Assembly (NCBI GenBank): GCA_964423315.1
Contig: CAYREO010000005.1
Span: forward strand, 31,834 to 95,833
Reading direction: 5' to 3'
Length of the DNA: 64,000 nucleotides
Source: an uncultured Eubacteriales bacterium
GTDB taxonomy: Bacteria > Acidobacteriota > Aminicenantia > Aminicenantales > Saccharicenantaceae
In this document: positions 26,469-36,239 of the stretch, piece by piece
Numbering within the stretch: position 1 is the stretch's first letter
How the letters are laid out: each line of letters begins with the position of its first letter
Program-made: the position numbers and the translations under genes
The notes under the pieces: generated by a model
Databases searched by the model: none
The model's input: only the letters and a program-made list of their open reading frames with translations
What the model was told of the DNA's origin: nothing

Positions 26469-28610
26469 TCAGCTCCAGGCGCTCAGGGCCTGGAGAACGG
26501 CCTGGATGTTGGTGAAGAAGCGGACCATCAGCCTGACGACGTTCCGCCGCAGACCGTCCGTCCCCCGGCTGTTGTTGGCGTGGTTCGCGTCGATGAGCCA
26601 GACGCCCCAGGGGTCGACCGTGGCCCAGTCGACCCGGGCGGGCTTGACGAACTCGAGGCGGGCCCAGCGGTCCTGCCCGTCCCAGAAGCGGGTCTCCGTC
26701 GAGCCGTCCTTGAAGCGGACGAGGACCTCGACCCGGGCGTCCCCGCGGACCCGGGCCTCCCCGAAGCGCCGCAGGACGATCGTCGTGACGTATTCCTTGG
26801 GGGCCGTCTCCCCGGCCTCTGCGGCCGCCCGTTCGAGCTCGGCGATCCTCTTCGGCGTCATCTCCTCTTTCTTCTTGCCGTCGATGTCGAAGACGCCGCG
26901 GACGTGCCGGGGCCTCTCGACGGACGAAACGGACGCGACGCCGTAGTCGAAGGTGTGGGTGGCGAAAAGGAGCTCCTCGAAGAACCAGGTCATGTCCGAC
27001 CCGGCGAGCTCGTTGGCGACGGCGATGAAGTCGGCCGTCGTCGGGTGCCTGTAGCGGTATCTCATATGGTAGGTCCGCATGATCCGGGACCAGGTCCGCT
27101 CGCCGAGGAGCCGTTCCAGGGTCTCGAGGAGGGTGGCCGCACGCATGTAGACGTTGGCCCCGTAGCTCGCCGAGTTGTAGAACTTCCACGACCAGGTCGT
27201 CACGGGATCATAGGGGACGACGCTGACGGCCGCCGCCCGGTTGAGCTCGTAGTCATAATACTTCGGCAGCCGCAGGATCGCGTTGAGGGGCAGATGATTG
27301 AAGGAGGCGGCGAGCTCCCCGGGCCCGTAGGCGGCCGCCAGGACCCGGCCGGTCGAATAAGTATTGAACCCCTCGTCGAGCCAGGCCTCCTCGAACTCGT
27401 TGCTGGCCACGAGCCCGTACCAGTAGCCGTGGCCGAACTCGTGGACGATGACGCTCTCGGGCGAAAGGACGTGCCGCGATGTCAGGATGTTCGTCCCGGC
27501 AGTGAAAAGGGTCGGGTATTCCATGCCTCCGCTCCCGGTCCGGAAGGGCGGGTCGACCATGGTCACGGTCTCATACGGGTAAGGGCCGTACCACAGACCG
27601 TAATACTTGATGGCCGCCCTCAGGGCCCGGAAGTGGCGGTCGATCTGCCTCCGGTGCTCGGGAGCGATGAGCAGGATCATCCGGACGTTGGGCAGCCGGA
27701 CCTCCTCGACGGGAAGTCCCAGGAGCTCGGCCGTCCGCTGGTATTCTTCGTCGGTGACCTCTTCGTCGGCGATGAAGTCGCGCTCGACCTTGAGGTAGCG
27801 GTCCCCGGCCGTCCAGGCGAAATCGTGGACCATGGACTGGCGATAGGTGTAGGTCGTCCGTCCGGCCGCTTCATCGACCCGGATCGCGGTCTGCTTTCCG
27901 GTGGCCCCGACGACCAGGTCGCGGGGGACCGTGATGTGGACGACGAAATCGGCGAAATCGGCGAAGAACTCGGAGTTCTGGTGGTACTCATGGGCGTTCC
28001 AGCCCCGGCCCTCCTCGTAAACGCCGGGCTTGGGGAACCACTGGGCGATGAAATAGGAGTTCCGGTAATACCCGGAGCGGGTCACCGTCCGCGGGATCTT
28101 GTTGAGGAATTCGAGATGGAGTCGGATGCTGTCGCCTGGCTGGACGGGCTCGGGGAAGACGACCCGCATGACGGTCCGATCATCAGGATTGCCCGGCTCG
28201 TCAGGGCTGATGAATTCCATCGTCGGGGCCAGGTCGGGCCCGTCGGCCAGACGGATGCCGGTGACGTCGATCCAGCCCCATTCCCCGTCCCGGGGAGCGG
28301 ATCCCCGGCCGAACAGGGATTCGGACCGCGCTTCCTTGAGGAACGTGCTGGCCTCGTTCTTGAAGGCGTTCCAATAGAGATGGAAGACCATGTCACCGAC
28401 CGGCTCGCCGGTCCGGTTGGACCAGACGATGTCCTGCCGGCCGCGGAGGGTCTTGGCCTCTCCGTCCAGATCGACCCAGATCTCATAGCGCAGGACGGGA
28501 GGCTCGGGGCTGTCCCCCGGCGCGCCGCGGACCCCGGCCGCCGATGCGGAAAGGGCGATCAGGAACGTCAGGGCCGCGACCAAGCCGGCGCGGGCGGATG
28601 TGTTGATCAT
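26469..28610 (-). CDS. M1-family zinc metallopeptidase (aminopeptidase N-like), secreted
   Basis: HEFGHGYWYG (HExxH) followed by WLDEGFNTY (the third-ligand Glu motif). Start at ATG 28610 (MINTSARAGLVAALTFLIALSASAA signal); the ORF is open to 28742. Confidence 0.8.
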   Translation of the reverse strand: MINTSARAGLVAALTFLIALSASAAGVRGAPGDSPEPPVLRYEIWVDLDGEAKTLRGRQDIVWSNRTGEPVGDMVFHLYWNAFKNEASTFLKEARSESLFGRGSAPRDGEWGWIDVTGIRLADGPDLAPTMEFISPDEPGNPDDRTVMRVVFPEPVQPGDSIRLHLEFLNKIPRTVTRSGYYRNSYFIAQWFPKPGVYEEGRGWNAHEYHQNSEFFADFADFVVHITVPRDLVVGATGKQTAIRVDEAAGRTTYTYRQSMVHDFAWTAGDRYLKVERDFIADEEVTDEEYQRTAELLGLPVEEVRLPNVRMILLIAPEHRRQIDRHFRALRAAIKYYGLWYGPYPYETVTMVDPPFRTGSGGMEYPTLFTAGTNILTSRHVLSPESVIVHEFGHGYWYGLVASNEFEEAWLDEGFNTYSTGRVLAAAYGPGELAASFNHLPLNAILRLPKYYDYELNRAAAVSVVPYDPVTTWSWKFYNSASYGANVYMRAATLLETLERLLGERTWSRIMRTYHMRYRYRHPTTADFIAVANELAGSDMTWFFEELLFATHTFDYGVASVSSVERPRHVRGVFDIDGKKKEEMTPKRIAELERAAAEAGETAPKEYVTTIVLRRFGEARVRGDARVEVLVRFKDGSTETRFWDGQDRWARLEFVKPARVDWATVDPWGVWLIDANHANNSRGTDGLRRNVVRLMVRFFTNIQAVLQALSAWS

Positions 28611-28659
28611 GGCCGTCTCCTTTGGAAGAGCATGGCGGTCTCCCCGGCGGGATCGGCGC

Positions 28660-29118
28660 TCATCCTCGGAGCCATTCCTCCCAGACCGAGCGCCGGGGAT
28701 AATACATGAAGACGAGAAAGAGCGAAACGAAAGCCAGGGCATAGAAATCGATATTGAACCCGCCGAGCAGGAACAGGACGAACCCCAGGACCCCGGGGAT
28801 CTCGCTCAGGGCGAGCGTCAGGAGGCTCGTCCGATGGAGGCGGGCGAGGGCGCCCGCGGGATCATCCGGCGAGGGCCGTCCGCGCAGCGCCGGCCCCAGG
28901 ATCCGGACGAGGATGACCGCGGCCACGGCGGCGCCGTAAAAGGCATAGCGCAGAATAGGGTCGGGGGGCGCGGCCGCGAATCCCCTGAAAGTGAAAGGCT
29001 TGAGCTGGGACCGGATGAGCTCCACGAAGACGAGCATGATCGCCAGGCTGACCAGATTCGCCATGGCGACAAGAGAGGCGGACCGCAGGCGGGCTCGGAG
29101 CTCGTCGTGAACGTCCAT
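28660..29118 (-). CDS. Hypothetical membrane protein
   Basis: Four hydrophobic segments. Start ambiguous: MDVHDEL at 29118, or the ORF start at 29190. Confidence 0.4.
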   Translation of the reverse strand: MDVHDELRARLRSASLVAMANLVSLAIMLVFVELIRSQLKPFTFRGFAAAPPDPILRYAFYGAAVAAVILVRILGPALRGRPSPDDPAGALARLHRTSLLTLALSEIPGVLGFVLFLLGGFNIDFYALAFVSLFLVFMYYPRRSVWEEWLRG

Positions 29119-29241
29119 GTCGACCTCCCCGGGCGTGCCTGATGGCGGCGCGCTCGACGGGATTATAAGCGAAACGACGGCGGCAGGCAATGCCGTTGTG
29201 TCGCCGCCGCCGGGCGTTTATAATGGCCTGAGGAGCGATCG

Positions 29242-30615
29242 ATGATGAAGATGATGAAATGGCTTCCCTGGGCCCTTTTGACGGCGATTCTCGTTCTCGG
29301 CCCCGGCAAGTCCCCGTCCCTCGGACTCCCGGCCGCGGAGGACGAGCTCGTGGCCCGGGCCCGGGCGTTCCTCGAAGCCCTGCAGAAAGGGGATTTCGAG
29401 CGGGCGGCCACGGACTTCAACGAGACGATGATGAAGGTCTCCGGCCCGGAGAAGCTCGCGGCGTTCTGGAAAGAGGTCCCCTCCAAGCTCGGCGTGCTCA
29501 AGCGGCAGACGGGCGCCAGGCGGGACAAGCTCGGCCCCTACGAGATCGTTCTTGTCACCTGCGAGTTCGAGAAGACCGTCCTCGACGCCCGCGTCGTCTT
29601 CGACGAGGACGGCCGGATCGGCGGGTTCCAATTCGTCCCCTCCCTTCCCCCGGCGGCCTACGAGCCTCCCCCCTATGCCGATGCCGCTCTCTTCGAGGAG
29701 ACCGAGATCGAGATCGGGGGCCCGGAATGGAAGCTGCCGGGCACGCTGACCAAGCCGAAAGGCCCGGGACCGTTCCCCGCCCTGGTCCTCGTCCACGGTT
29801 CGGGTCCCAACGACAGGGACGAAACGATCGGGCCCAATAAGCCCTTCAAGGACCTGGCCTGGGGCCTGGCGAGCCGCGGCATCGCCGTCCTTCGCTACGA
29901 CAAGCGGACGAAGGTCCACGGCGCGAGGATGGTCGCGGGGGAGGCGGCGGGAGTCCCTCTGACCGTCATGGAGGAGACCATCGACGATGCCCTCCACGCG
30001 GTCGCTTTCCTGAGCAAGACTTCCGGCGTCGATCCGGGCCGCATCTTCGTTCTCGGCCACAGCCTGGGCGGTTTCCTCATGCCGCGGATCGCCGCGGCCG
30101 CCCCGCCGGGGGCCATCGCCGGGTTCATCGTCATGGCCGGATTGACCCGGCGGCTCGAGGACACCATGCTCGATCAGTATACATACCTGTACGGCCTGGC
30201 CGGCTCCTTGTCCGACGAGGACAAGGCGACCTTCGAGGGGATCAAGGCCGGCGTCGCCCGGGTCAAATCCCTGAAGGACTCCGACCGGACCTCGACCGAA
30301 AAGATCCTCGGCGTTTCCGCGGCCTATTGGCTGGACCTTCGGGACTACGACCCCGCGGACGCGGCCAAGGCCGTCGTCCGGCCGATGCTCTTTCTCCAAG
30401 GGGGCCGCGACTACCAGGTCAAGCCCGTCGACCTCGAGAACTGGAAGAAAGCCCTGGGCGGCCGTGACGACGTGGAATTCAAGCTCTACCCCAAGCTGAA
30501 TCATCTTTTCTTCGAAGGCCAGGGGCCGCCGACCCCCAACGAATACCTTCAGGTCCACGGCAGCGTCGCTCCCTACGTCATCGACGACATCGAAGGCTGG
30601 ATCTCACGGAAATGA
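29242..30615 (+). CDS. Alpha/beta-hydrolase (S9/dienelactone-hydrolase-like) with N-terminal DUF3887-like domain, secreted
   Basis: Signal peptide. GHSLGG nucleophile elbow. LVLVHGSGPNDRDE oxyanion region. Confidence 0.7.
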   Translation: MMKMMKWLPWALLTAILVLGPGKSPSLGLPAAEDELVARARAFLEALQKGDFERAATDFNETMMKVSGPEKLAAFWKEVPSKLGVLKRQTGARRDKLGPYEIVLVTCEFEKTVLDARVVFDEDGRIGGFQFVPSLPPAAYEPPPYADAALFEETEIEIGGPEWKLPGTLTKPKGPGPFPALVLVHGSGPNDRDETIGPNKPFKDLAWGLASRGIAVLRYDKRTKVHGARMVAGEAAGVPLTVMEETIDDALHAVAFLSKTSGVDPGRIFVLGHSLGGFLMPRIAAAAPPGAIAGFIVMAGLTRRLEDTMLDQYTYLYGLAGSLSDEDKATFEGIKAGVARVKSLKDSDRTSTEKILGVSAAYWLDLRDYDPADAAKAVVRPMLFLQGGRDYQVKPVDLENWKKALGGRDDVEFKLYPKLNHLFFEGQGPPTPNEYLQVHGSVAPYVIDDIEGWISRK

Positions 30616-32081
30616 GAGTCGCGTTCTTGGTCTCGGAGGCCGTCCCGTTCGCCAAGACGGGCGGACTGGCCGATGTCGCCGGGGCCCTGCCCCGCTTCCT
30701 CGCCCGGCAAGGCGTCGAGGTCCGGCTGTTCATGCCGTTCTACCGGGAAGTCCGGCGGAAGGGCCTTCCGCTCCGGCGGGTCGTCGACCGGATGAGCGTC
30801 GGACCCGGCAAGGGAGCGCCGGGGTTCTCGGTCCTCGAGCACCAGGCGGAAGGCTTCGCCGTCACGTTCATCGACCAAGAAGGCTATTTCGACCGCGACC
30901 ACCTGTACGGGACCGCCGCGGGCGACGACCCGGACAACGGGGAACGCTTCGCGTTCTTCTCGCGGGCGTCCCTGGAGGCCATGAAAGCCCTGGACTTCGC
31001 CCCCGACATCGTTCACGGCCACGACTGGCAATCCGCGACCGCTTTCGCCTACCTCCGGTTCGTTTACAGGGACGACCCGTTCTTCGCTTCGTCCCGTTCC
31101 CTGTTCACGGTCCATAACCTCGCCTACCAGGGTCTTTTCGAGCGGGCCATCCTCGACCGCGTCGGCCTGCCAGAGTCGCTCTTCGATCCGGCCGCTCTCG
31201 AGTTCTACGGGAAGGTCAACTTCCTCAAATCGGGATTCCTGTACGCCGACGCCATCACCACGGTCAGCCCGACCTACAGCCGCGAGATCCAGACCCCGGA
31301 GTACGGCTGTGGTCTGGACGGGCTCCTGCGGATGCGGTCCCAGGACCTCCACGGGATCCTCAACGGCGTCGATTACCTCGAATGGAATCCCGTGACCGAT
31401 CGGTTCCTCCCGGCCCGCTTCGGCCCCCGCGATCTCGCCGGCAAGCGCACGTGCCGTTCCGAGCTTCTCCGGATGTTCGGGATGTCCGACATCCCCACGG
31501 CCGCGGTTGTCGGCATGGTCACCCGCCTGGCCGGCCAAAAGGGGCTCGACATCGTCTGCGAGGCCCTGGACGACATCCTGGCGCTCGGCGTGAAGATCGT
31601 GATCCTGGGGGCGGGAGACCGGTCCATCGAGGACTTTCTCAGCCGGGCCAGGGCCCACCGGCCCGACGGGCTCGGGCTCAAGATCGCTTTCGACGAGCGG
31701 CTCGCTCACATGATCTATGCCGGCAGCGACATGTTCCTGATCCCCTCCCGATACGAGCCCTGCGGTCTGACCCAGATGTACGCGCTGAAATACGGGACGG
31801 TGCCCGTCGTCCGGGCCACGGGGGGGTTGGACGACACGATCCAGGAGTTCGACCCGGCGGCCCGGGCGGGCAACGGCTTCAAGTTCCCGTCGCCGACCGC
31901 CGCCGACCTGGTCGCCGGGCTCCGCCGGGCCCTCGATCATTTCACCGACAAGGAAACGTGGCGGGCTCTCGTGCGCAACGCCATGGCTTCCGATTTTTCC
32001 TGGACCCGTTCGGCCGGGAGCTACCTCGCCCTTTACCGGAAGATCCTCAAGAGCCCGCGCTCCTGGTGTCCCGTCTCATAA
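30612..32081 (+). CDS. glgA: Glycogen synthase (ADP-glucose-type, GT5)
   Basis: N-terminal KTGGLADV motif, GT-B fold, C-terminal GGLDDTI. 489 aa. Confidence 0.9.
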   Translation: MRVAFLVSEAVPFAKTGGLADVAGALPRFLARQGVEVRLFMPFYREVRRKGLPLRRVVDRMSVGPGKGAPGFSVLEHQAEGFAVTFIDQEGYFDRDHLYGTAAGDDPDNGERFAFFSRASLEAMKALDFAPDIVHGHDWQSATAFAYLRFVYRDDPFFASSRSLFTVHNLAYQGLFERAILDRVGLPESLFDPAALEFYGKVNFLKSGFLYADAITTVSPTYSREIQTPEYGCGLDGLLRMRSQDLHGILNGVDYLEWNPVTDRFLPARFGPRDLAGKRTCRSELLRMFGMSDIPTAAVVGMVTRLAGQKGLDIVCEALDDILALGVKIVILGAGDRSIEDFLSRARAHRPDGLGLKIAFDERLAHMIYAGSDMFLIPSRYEPCGLTQMYALKYGTVPVVRATGGLDDTIQEFDPAARAGNGFKFPSPTAADLVAGLRRALDHFTDKETWRALVRNAMASDFSWTRSAGSYLALYRKILKSPRSWCPVS

Positions 32082-32243
32082 ATCCGTTTCCCAAGTCCTC
32101 TGCAGAGCCGGGACATTTCCAGGGGGGAGTCGAGCTCCCCCCTCGGCGCTTCGCTCCGCTCCGCTGACCCCCTGAGGGGAACGCCGCCGTCCCCTCGAAC
32201 TCCCCCGCGGTGATGCCTCTCCAGATGCTCCCACATCACCGAG

Positions 32244-33290
32244 TTATTTCCGGGACGCATCACCAGTGTCCCGGAGGAATTCGGCCGCGGACTCGGGAGG
32301 GACGGGATTGATATAGAATCCTGTCCCCCATTCGAAGCCGGCGACCTTGGTCAGGATCGGGAAGATCTCCAGATGCCAGTGGTAGATCCTGTCGATCTCC
32401 GGCCAGGCCTGGCGCGAATGGGAGGGGTTCGGAGCTTGATGGAAGACCATGTTATAGGGCGGGTCCCCGACCTTGTCCTTGAGGGCCGTCAGCACGGCCT
32501 TCATGGCCTCGGCCAATGCGAGGAGCTCGTCATCGCCGGCATCGGTGAAGAACGGCGAGTGGTGGGCGGGATAGATGGCCGTCTCGAACGGGAAGCGGGA
32601 GGCGAAGGGGGTGAACGCCGTGAAATGACGGTTATGATGAACGACCCTCTGCCCGGATGCGTTCTCCTCCCGGAGGACCCGGCAGAACACGCACTCCTTG
32701 AAGCCCCGGTGGAGCCTCTCGGCGCCGTAGATCTCCTCCTTGACCCTCTTGGGGACGATGGGTGTGGCCACGATCTGCGAATGGGGGTGGCTCAGGGAGG
32801 CCCCGGCTTCCCGCCCCTTGTTCTTGAAGATCTGGACATACCGGTAATGGAACTCGGACTCGATGGCCCGGATCCGCTGCTGGAACACGGACAGAACGTC
32901 CCGGATGTGGCCGACCGGCAGGTCGCCGAGCTCCAGGCCGTGGTCCGGGTTCTCGATGACGACCTCGTGAACGCCGGTCCCCTCCATCCAGGGGTAAATG
33001 CCCCGCGTCCTTTTCGGCTGGGAGGGGCCGCGGCTGAGCGCCGGGAACTTGTTGGGGACGACGCGGACCGTCCAGCCGGGCGAATCGGGAGACGTGCCGG
33101 AGGGCCGGACGGTCGTGGCGATCTCGGGCGGGGTCTTGACCTCGCTGCCCTCGCAGAAGGGGCAGAACGCGCGCCTCTCCTCGGCGGCGGGAGCGGGGCG
33201 TGCCGGGCGGTAATCGTCGGGCCTCTTGCCCCGCTCGGTGGCGATGATGACCCACCGTCCGCTGATCAGGTCCTTCCGCAGCTCGGACAT
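32244..33290 (-). CDS. GalT-family (HIT-superfamily) hexose-1-phosphate nucleotidyltransferase: UDP-glucose--hexose-1-P uridylyltransferase, or possibly ADP-glucose phosphorylase
   Basis: Zinc CPFC motif and HPHSQ histidine-triad active-site motif. Start at ATG 33290, overlapping the response-regulator stop (ATGA); the longer ORF to 33656 is a spurious overlap. Confidence 0.7.
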   Translation of the reverse strand: MSELRKDLISGRWVIIATERGKRPDDYRPARPAPAAEERRAFCPFCEGSEVKTPPEIATTVRPSGTSPDSPGWTVRVVPNKFPALSRGPSQPKRTRGIYPWMEGTGVHEVVIENPDHGLELGDLPVGHIRDVLSVFQQRIRAIESEFHYRYVQIFKNKGREAGASLSHPHSQIVATPIVPKRVKEEIYGAERLHRGFKECVFCRVLREENASGQRVVHHNRHFTAFTPFASRFPFETAIYPAHHSPFFTDAGDDELLALAEAMKAVLTALKDKVGDPPYNMVFHQAPNPSHSRQAWPEIDRIYHWHLEIFPILTKVAGFEWGTGFYINPVPPESAAEFLRDTGDASRK

Positions 33291-33646
33291 CAGCGCTCCA
33301 GGAGCTCGCGGATCTTCGCCTTGAGCTCGTCGAGCGAGGAGGACTTGACGACGTAGGCGTCGGCCGCCCAGGTCATGAAATCCTCTTTGTAGCTCTGGTA
33401 GGCCGAGTTGATGATGATGGGGATGTCCTTGCGGAGGCCCATGATCTGGGTGATGAGCTCGATGCCGTCCTTGCCGGGCATCCGGATGTCGGTGACGATG
33501 AGGTCGAACTCGGACGCGCTGAGCGCTTCGAGAGCGGCCTCCGCATCGGTGACGGCCGTCACGTCGTATCCGTCCTTGCTCAACTCCTCCTCGTAGAGAA
33601 GGCAGAGCGGTTGTTCGTCCTCGACGAGCAGGATCCTCTTGCCCAT
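33290..33646 (-). CDS. Single-domain response regulator (CheY-like receiver only)
   Basis: ILLVEDE...D, phospho-acceptor in LIVTDIRMPGKDG, conserved K in AYVVK. 118 aa with no output domain. Confidence 0.85.
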   Translation of the reverse strand: MGKRILLVEDEQPLCLLYEEELSKDGYDVTAVTDAEAALEALSASEFDLIVTDIRMPGKDGIELITQIMGLRKDIPIIINSAYQSYKEDFMTWAADAYVVKSSSLDELKAKIRELLER

Positions 33647-33652
33647 GGCGGT

Positions 33653-34993
33653 TCACTCCCTTTCGCGGTATTTGAAGGACAGCTTGAACAGCGCCCCGCT
33701 GCCCACGCGGCTCCGGACCTCGATCTTGCCTCCGCAGGTGTCCATGACCCTTTTGATGAACGGCAGGCCGAGGCCCATGCCCTTGTCCTTGGTCGTGAAA
33801 AAGGGCCTGAAAAGCTGCTCCTTATCGGGGTTGGAGATGCCCTTCCCGGTGTCGCGGACCGAGAGAAAATACCAGGAGGCGTTCTTCCTGTACCCGCGGA
33901 CCGAGATCCGGCCCCCCTGGGGCGTGGCCTCGAAGGCGTTGTCGAGAAGATTGCGAAGGACCTCCCCGAAGGAGGTCGGGTCGCAGAACAGGAGCGGCAA
34001 CCTCTCCTCGATGTGGACCCTCAGATCGTAGGCCAAGCTGCGTTCCCGGACCTCGGGGCTCCCGATGACCGACTCGATGACCGGGCCGGGATCGAAGAAC
34101 ACCGGCTCCTTGAGGCTGACCTTGAGGAAGTGCCCCATCTGGAAGATGATGTGCTCGAGGCGGCGGATCTCGTCACGGATGATCCGGGTGTTCCTCTCCC
34201 TTTTGTCCTCGGGGAGGCCGGGCTGAAGCAGCTGGTCGGCGAACCCGCCGATGGCCACGATCGGGTTCCGGATCTGATGGGTCACGAACATGGCCATCTC
34301 GCCCATGGCGGATGTCTTCTCCATTTCGAGCAGCTTGCGATGGAGACTGGATGAGTACACGTAGTTGCCTGCGATCAGCCCGCAGAGGCCGGCCAGCTTG
34401 ATGTCCCCGGGGCTGATGGGCGTCCGGGTGATGGCGTTGTCGAGGACGATCTCCCCGAGGACCTCGTCGCGGGCGAGAAGGGGGATGCAGAGGAACTCAT
34501 CGACCTGGATGATGTCCAGGAACCGGCGATCGACGAGCGGTTCCTCGCGGGCGTTGCGGACGAGGAGGATCTCCTGGCGGCTCGAGGCCATGGCCGGGAT
34601 GAAGGCGTTGTCCTCGTCGGCCGCGTAGACGAGGTCCCGGATCCGGCGACTGAGCGTATCCTCGTTCTTGCGGACCAGGGCCCGGTTGTGCTCGACGATC
34701 TCGATGTAGCCGATGCCGGGCGTCGACAGGACCTCCCAGATATCGCCGGCTTCCTCGGCCGAACTCGGGCCCAGCCACATCTCGCCCTTGAGCCTGTCCC
34801 CGTCGCGGAGAAAGAGCATGGCCCGGTTGAAGCCGACCCCCGAGCCGGAGGTCAAGGCCGTCAGCGTGACAAGAAGGTTGTCCTCGAGGGAAAAGGGTTG
34901 AAAGAAGCTCTGGGCGATGATGGACAGGAGCATCAGCTCCTTGGGGGCGCCGGGCTCGATCTCGAAGGACTTGAAATCGTACCTTTCGATCAT
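33653..34993 (-). CDS. GAF-domain sensor histidine kinase (cytoplasmic)
   Basis: Start at ATG 34993 (MIERYDF), overlapping the glgC stop (ATGA). N-terminal GAF-like region. H-box (FVTHQIRNP) and HATPase_c motifs (LLDNAFEAT, DTGKGI, GMGLGL). Confidence 0.8.
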   Translation of the reverse strand: MIERYDFKSFEIEPGAPKELMLLSIIAQSFFQPFSLEDNLLVTLTALTSGSGVGFNRAMLFLRDGDRLKGEMWLGPSSAEEAGDIWEVLSTPGIGYIEIVEHNRALVRKNEDTLSRRIRDLVYAADEDNAFIPAMASSRQEILLVRNAREEPLVDRRFLDIIQVDEFLCIPLLARDEVLGEIVLDNAITRTPISPGDIKLAGLCGLIAGNYVYSSSLHRKLLEMEKTSAMGEMAMFVTHQIRNPIVAIGGFADQLLQPGLPEDKRERNTRIIRDEIRRLEHIIFQMGHFLKVSLKEPVFFDPGPVIESVIGSPEVRERSLAYDLRVHIEERLPLLFCDPTSFGEVLRNLLDNAFEATPQGGRISVRGYRKNASWYFLSVRDTGKGISNPDKEQLFRPFFTTKDKGMGLGLPFIKRVMDTCGGKIEVRSRVGSGALFKLSFKYRERE

Positions 34994-36174
34994 TCGCACG
35001 TCCAGCCCTTGGGTACGACGCGGACGCCTCCCCTGCTGATCTTGAACTGACGCTTGTCGCGCTCGTCGTCGAAGCCGGCCTTGAACCCGGCCGGAAGGAC
35101 CGAGAACTTGTCGACGATGGTCTTGCGGAGCCGGGCCCCCCGGCGGACCTCGACGCCTTCGAAGAGGATGGAATCGACGATCTCGACGCCGGGTTCGAGG
35201 CTGACGCCGGCTGAGACGATGGAGTTCTCGACGCGGCAGTCCAGGAGCGTGCAGCCGGACCCGATGATGGAGTTCCGGACGGTCTCCCCGGAGATGAAAG
35301 TCGGCGGGTACTGGGGCTTGTATGTCCGGACCGGCCAGTTCGGGTCTTTCAGGATCGTCGGGGGGGACGGCGACAGGAAGGCCATGTTGGCCTCCCAATA
35401 GGCGTCGAGGGTCCCGATGTCCTCCCAATACTCCTCGAACGGGAAGGCGTAGATCCTGTGACTGCGGACCAGGCCGGGGATGACGTCCTTGCCGAAATCG
35501 TGGGAACTCCTCGCGTTGCGGGCGTCCTTGATGAGGGCCTTGATGAGGACCGGGGTCTTGAAGAGATAGATGCCCATGGACACGAGGCTTTTCGCGGGAT
35601 CCCAGGGCGTCCCCGATGGGGTTTTGGGCTTCTCGACGAAGTCGATGATCCGGCTGTCGCTGTCGACGCCGATGACGCCGAACCGGGACGCGTCCTGGAC
35701 CGGAACGACCTTGGTCATGATGATCGCATCGGCATCGGTCTCGGCATAGAAGCGGGCGAGCTTCCGATAATCGGCGTTGTAGATGTGGTCGCCCGAAAGG
35801 ATGAGAACGGCCTCCGGCCCCTCCTGCTGGATGGTGTAGATGTTCTGGAAAACGGCATCGGCCGTGCCCTCGTACCAGTGGTCGCTGACCCGGCCCTGGG
35901 CGGGGAGGGAGATGATGTAATCGCCGCTCTCGGCGTGGAAGATGTTCCACCCGTTGAGGATGTGCCGCTCGAGGGACAGGGATTTGTACTGGGAAAGGAG
36001 GGCGATCCGGCGGAACCCCGAATTGAGCGCGTTCGACAGGCTGAAATCGATGATCCGGTAGGTGCCGAGGAAAGGGACGGACGGCTTGGCCCGGTCCTTC
36101 GTCAGAGGGTAAAGCCTTTCCCCCTTGCCTCCGCAGAGCAGCATGACCAGGACCTTCTTCCGCGGCTGTTCCAT
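34990..36174 (-). CDS. glgC: Glucose-1-phosphate adenylyltransferase
   Basis: LCGGKGERLYPLT nucleotide-binding motif and a C-terminal left-handed beta-helix. 394 aa. Confidence 0.9.
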   Translation of the reverse strand: MEQPRKKVLVMLLCGGKGERLYPLTKDRAKPSVPFLGTYRIIDFSLSNALNSGFRRIALLSQYKSLSLERHILNGWNIFHAESGDYIISLPAQGRVSDHWYEGTADAVFQNIYTIQQEGPEAVLILSGDHIYNADYRKLARFYAETDADAIIMTKVVPVQDASRFGVIGVDSDSRIIDFVEKPKTPSGTPWDPAKSLVSMGIYLFKTPVLIKALIKDARNARSSHDFGKDVIPGLVRSHRIYAFPFEEYWEDIGTLDAYWEANMAFLSPSPPTILKDPNWPVRTYKPQYPPTFISGETVRNSIIGSGCTLLDCRVENSIVSAGVSLEPGVEIVDSILFEGVEVRRGARLRKTIVDKFSVLPAGFKAGFDDERDKRQFKISRGGVRVVPKGWTCE

Positions 36175-36239
36175 GCTCGAACCTTCTTTCGCTCCTTCCT
36201 CCCCCGCGATCCCCGGGCCATTATATCAAATTCCGGTCC

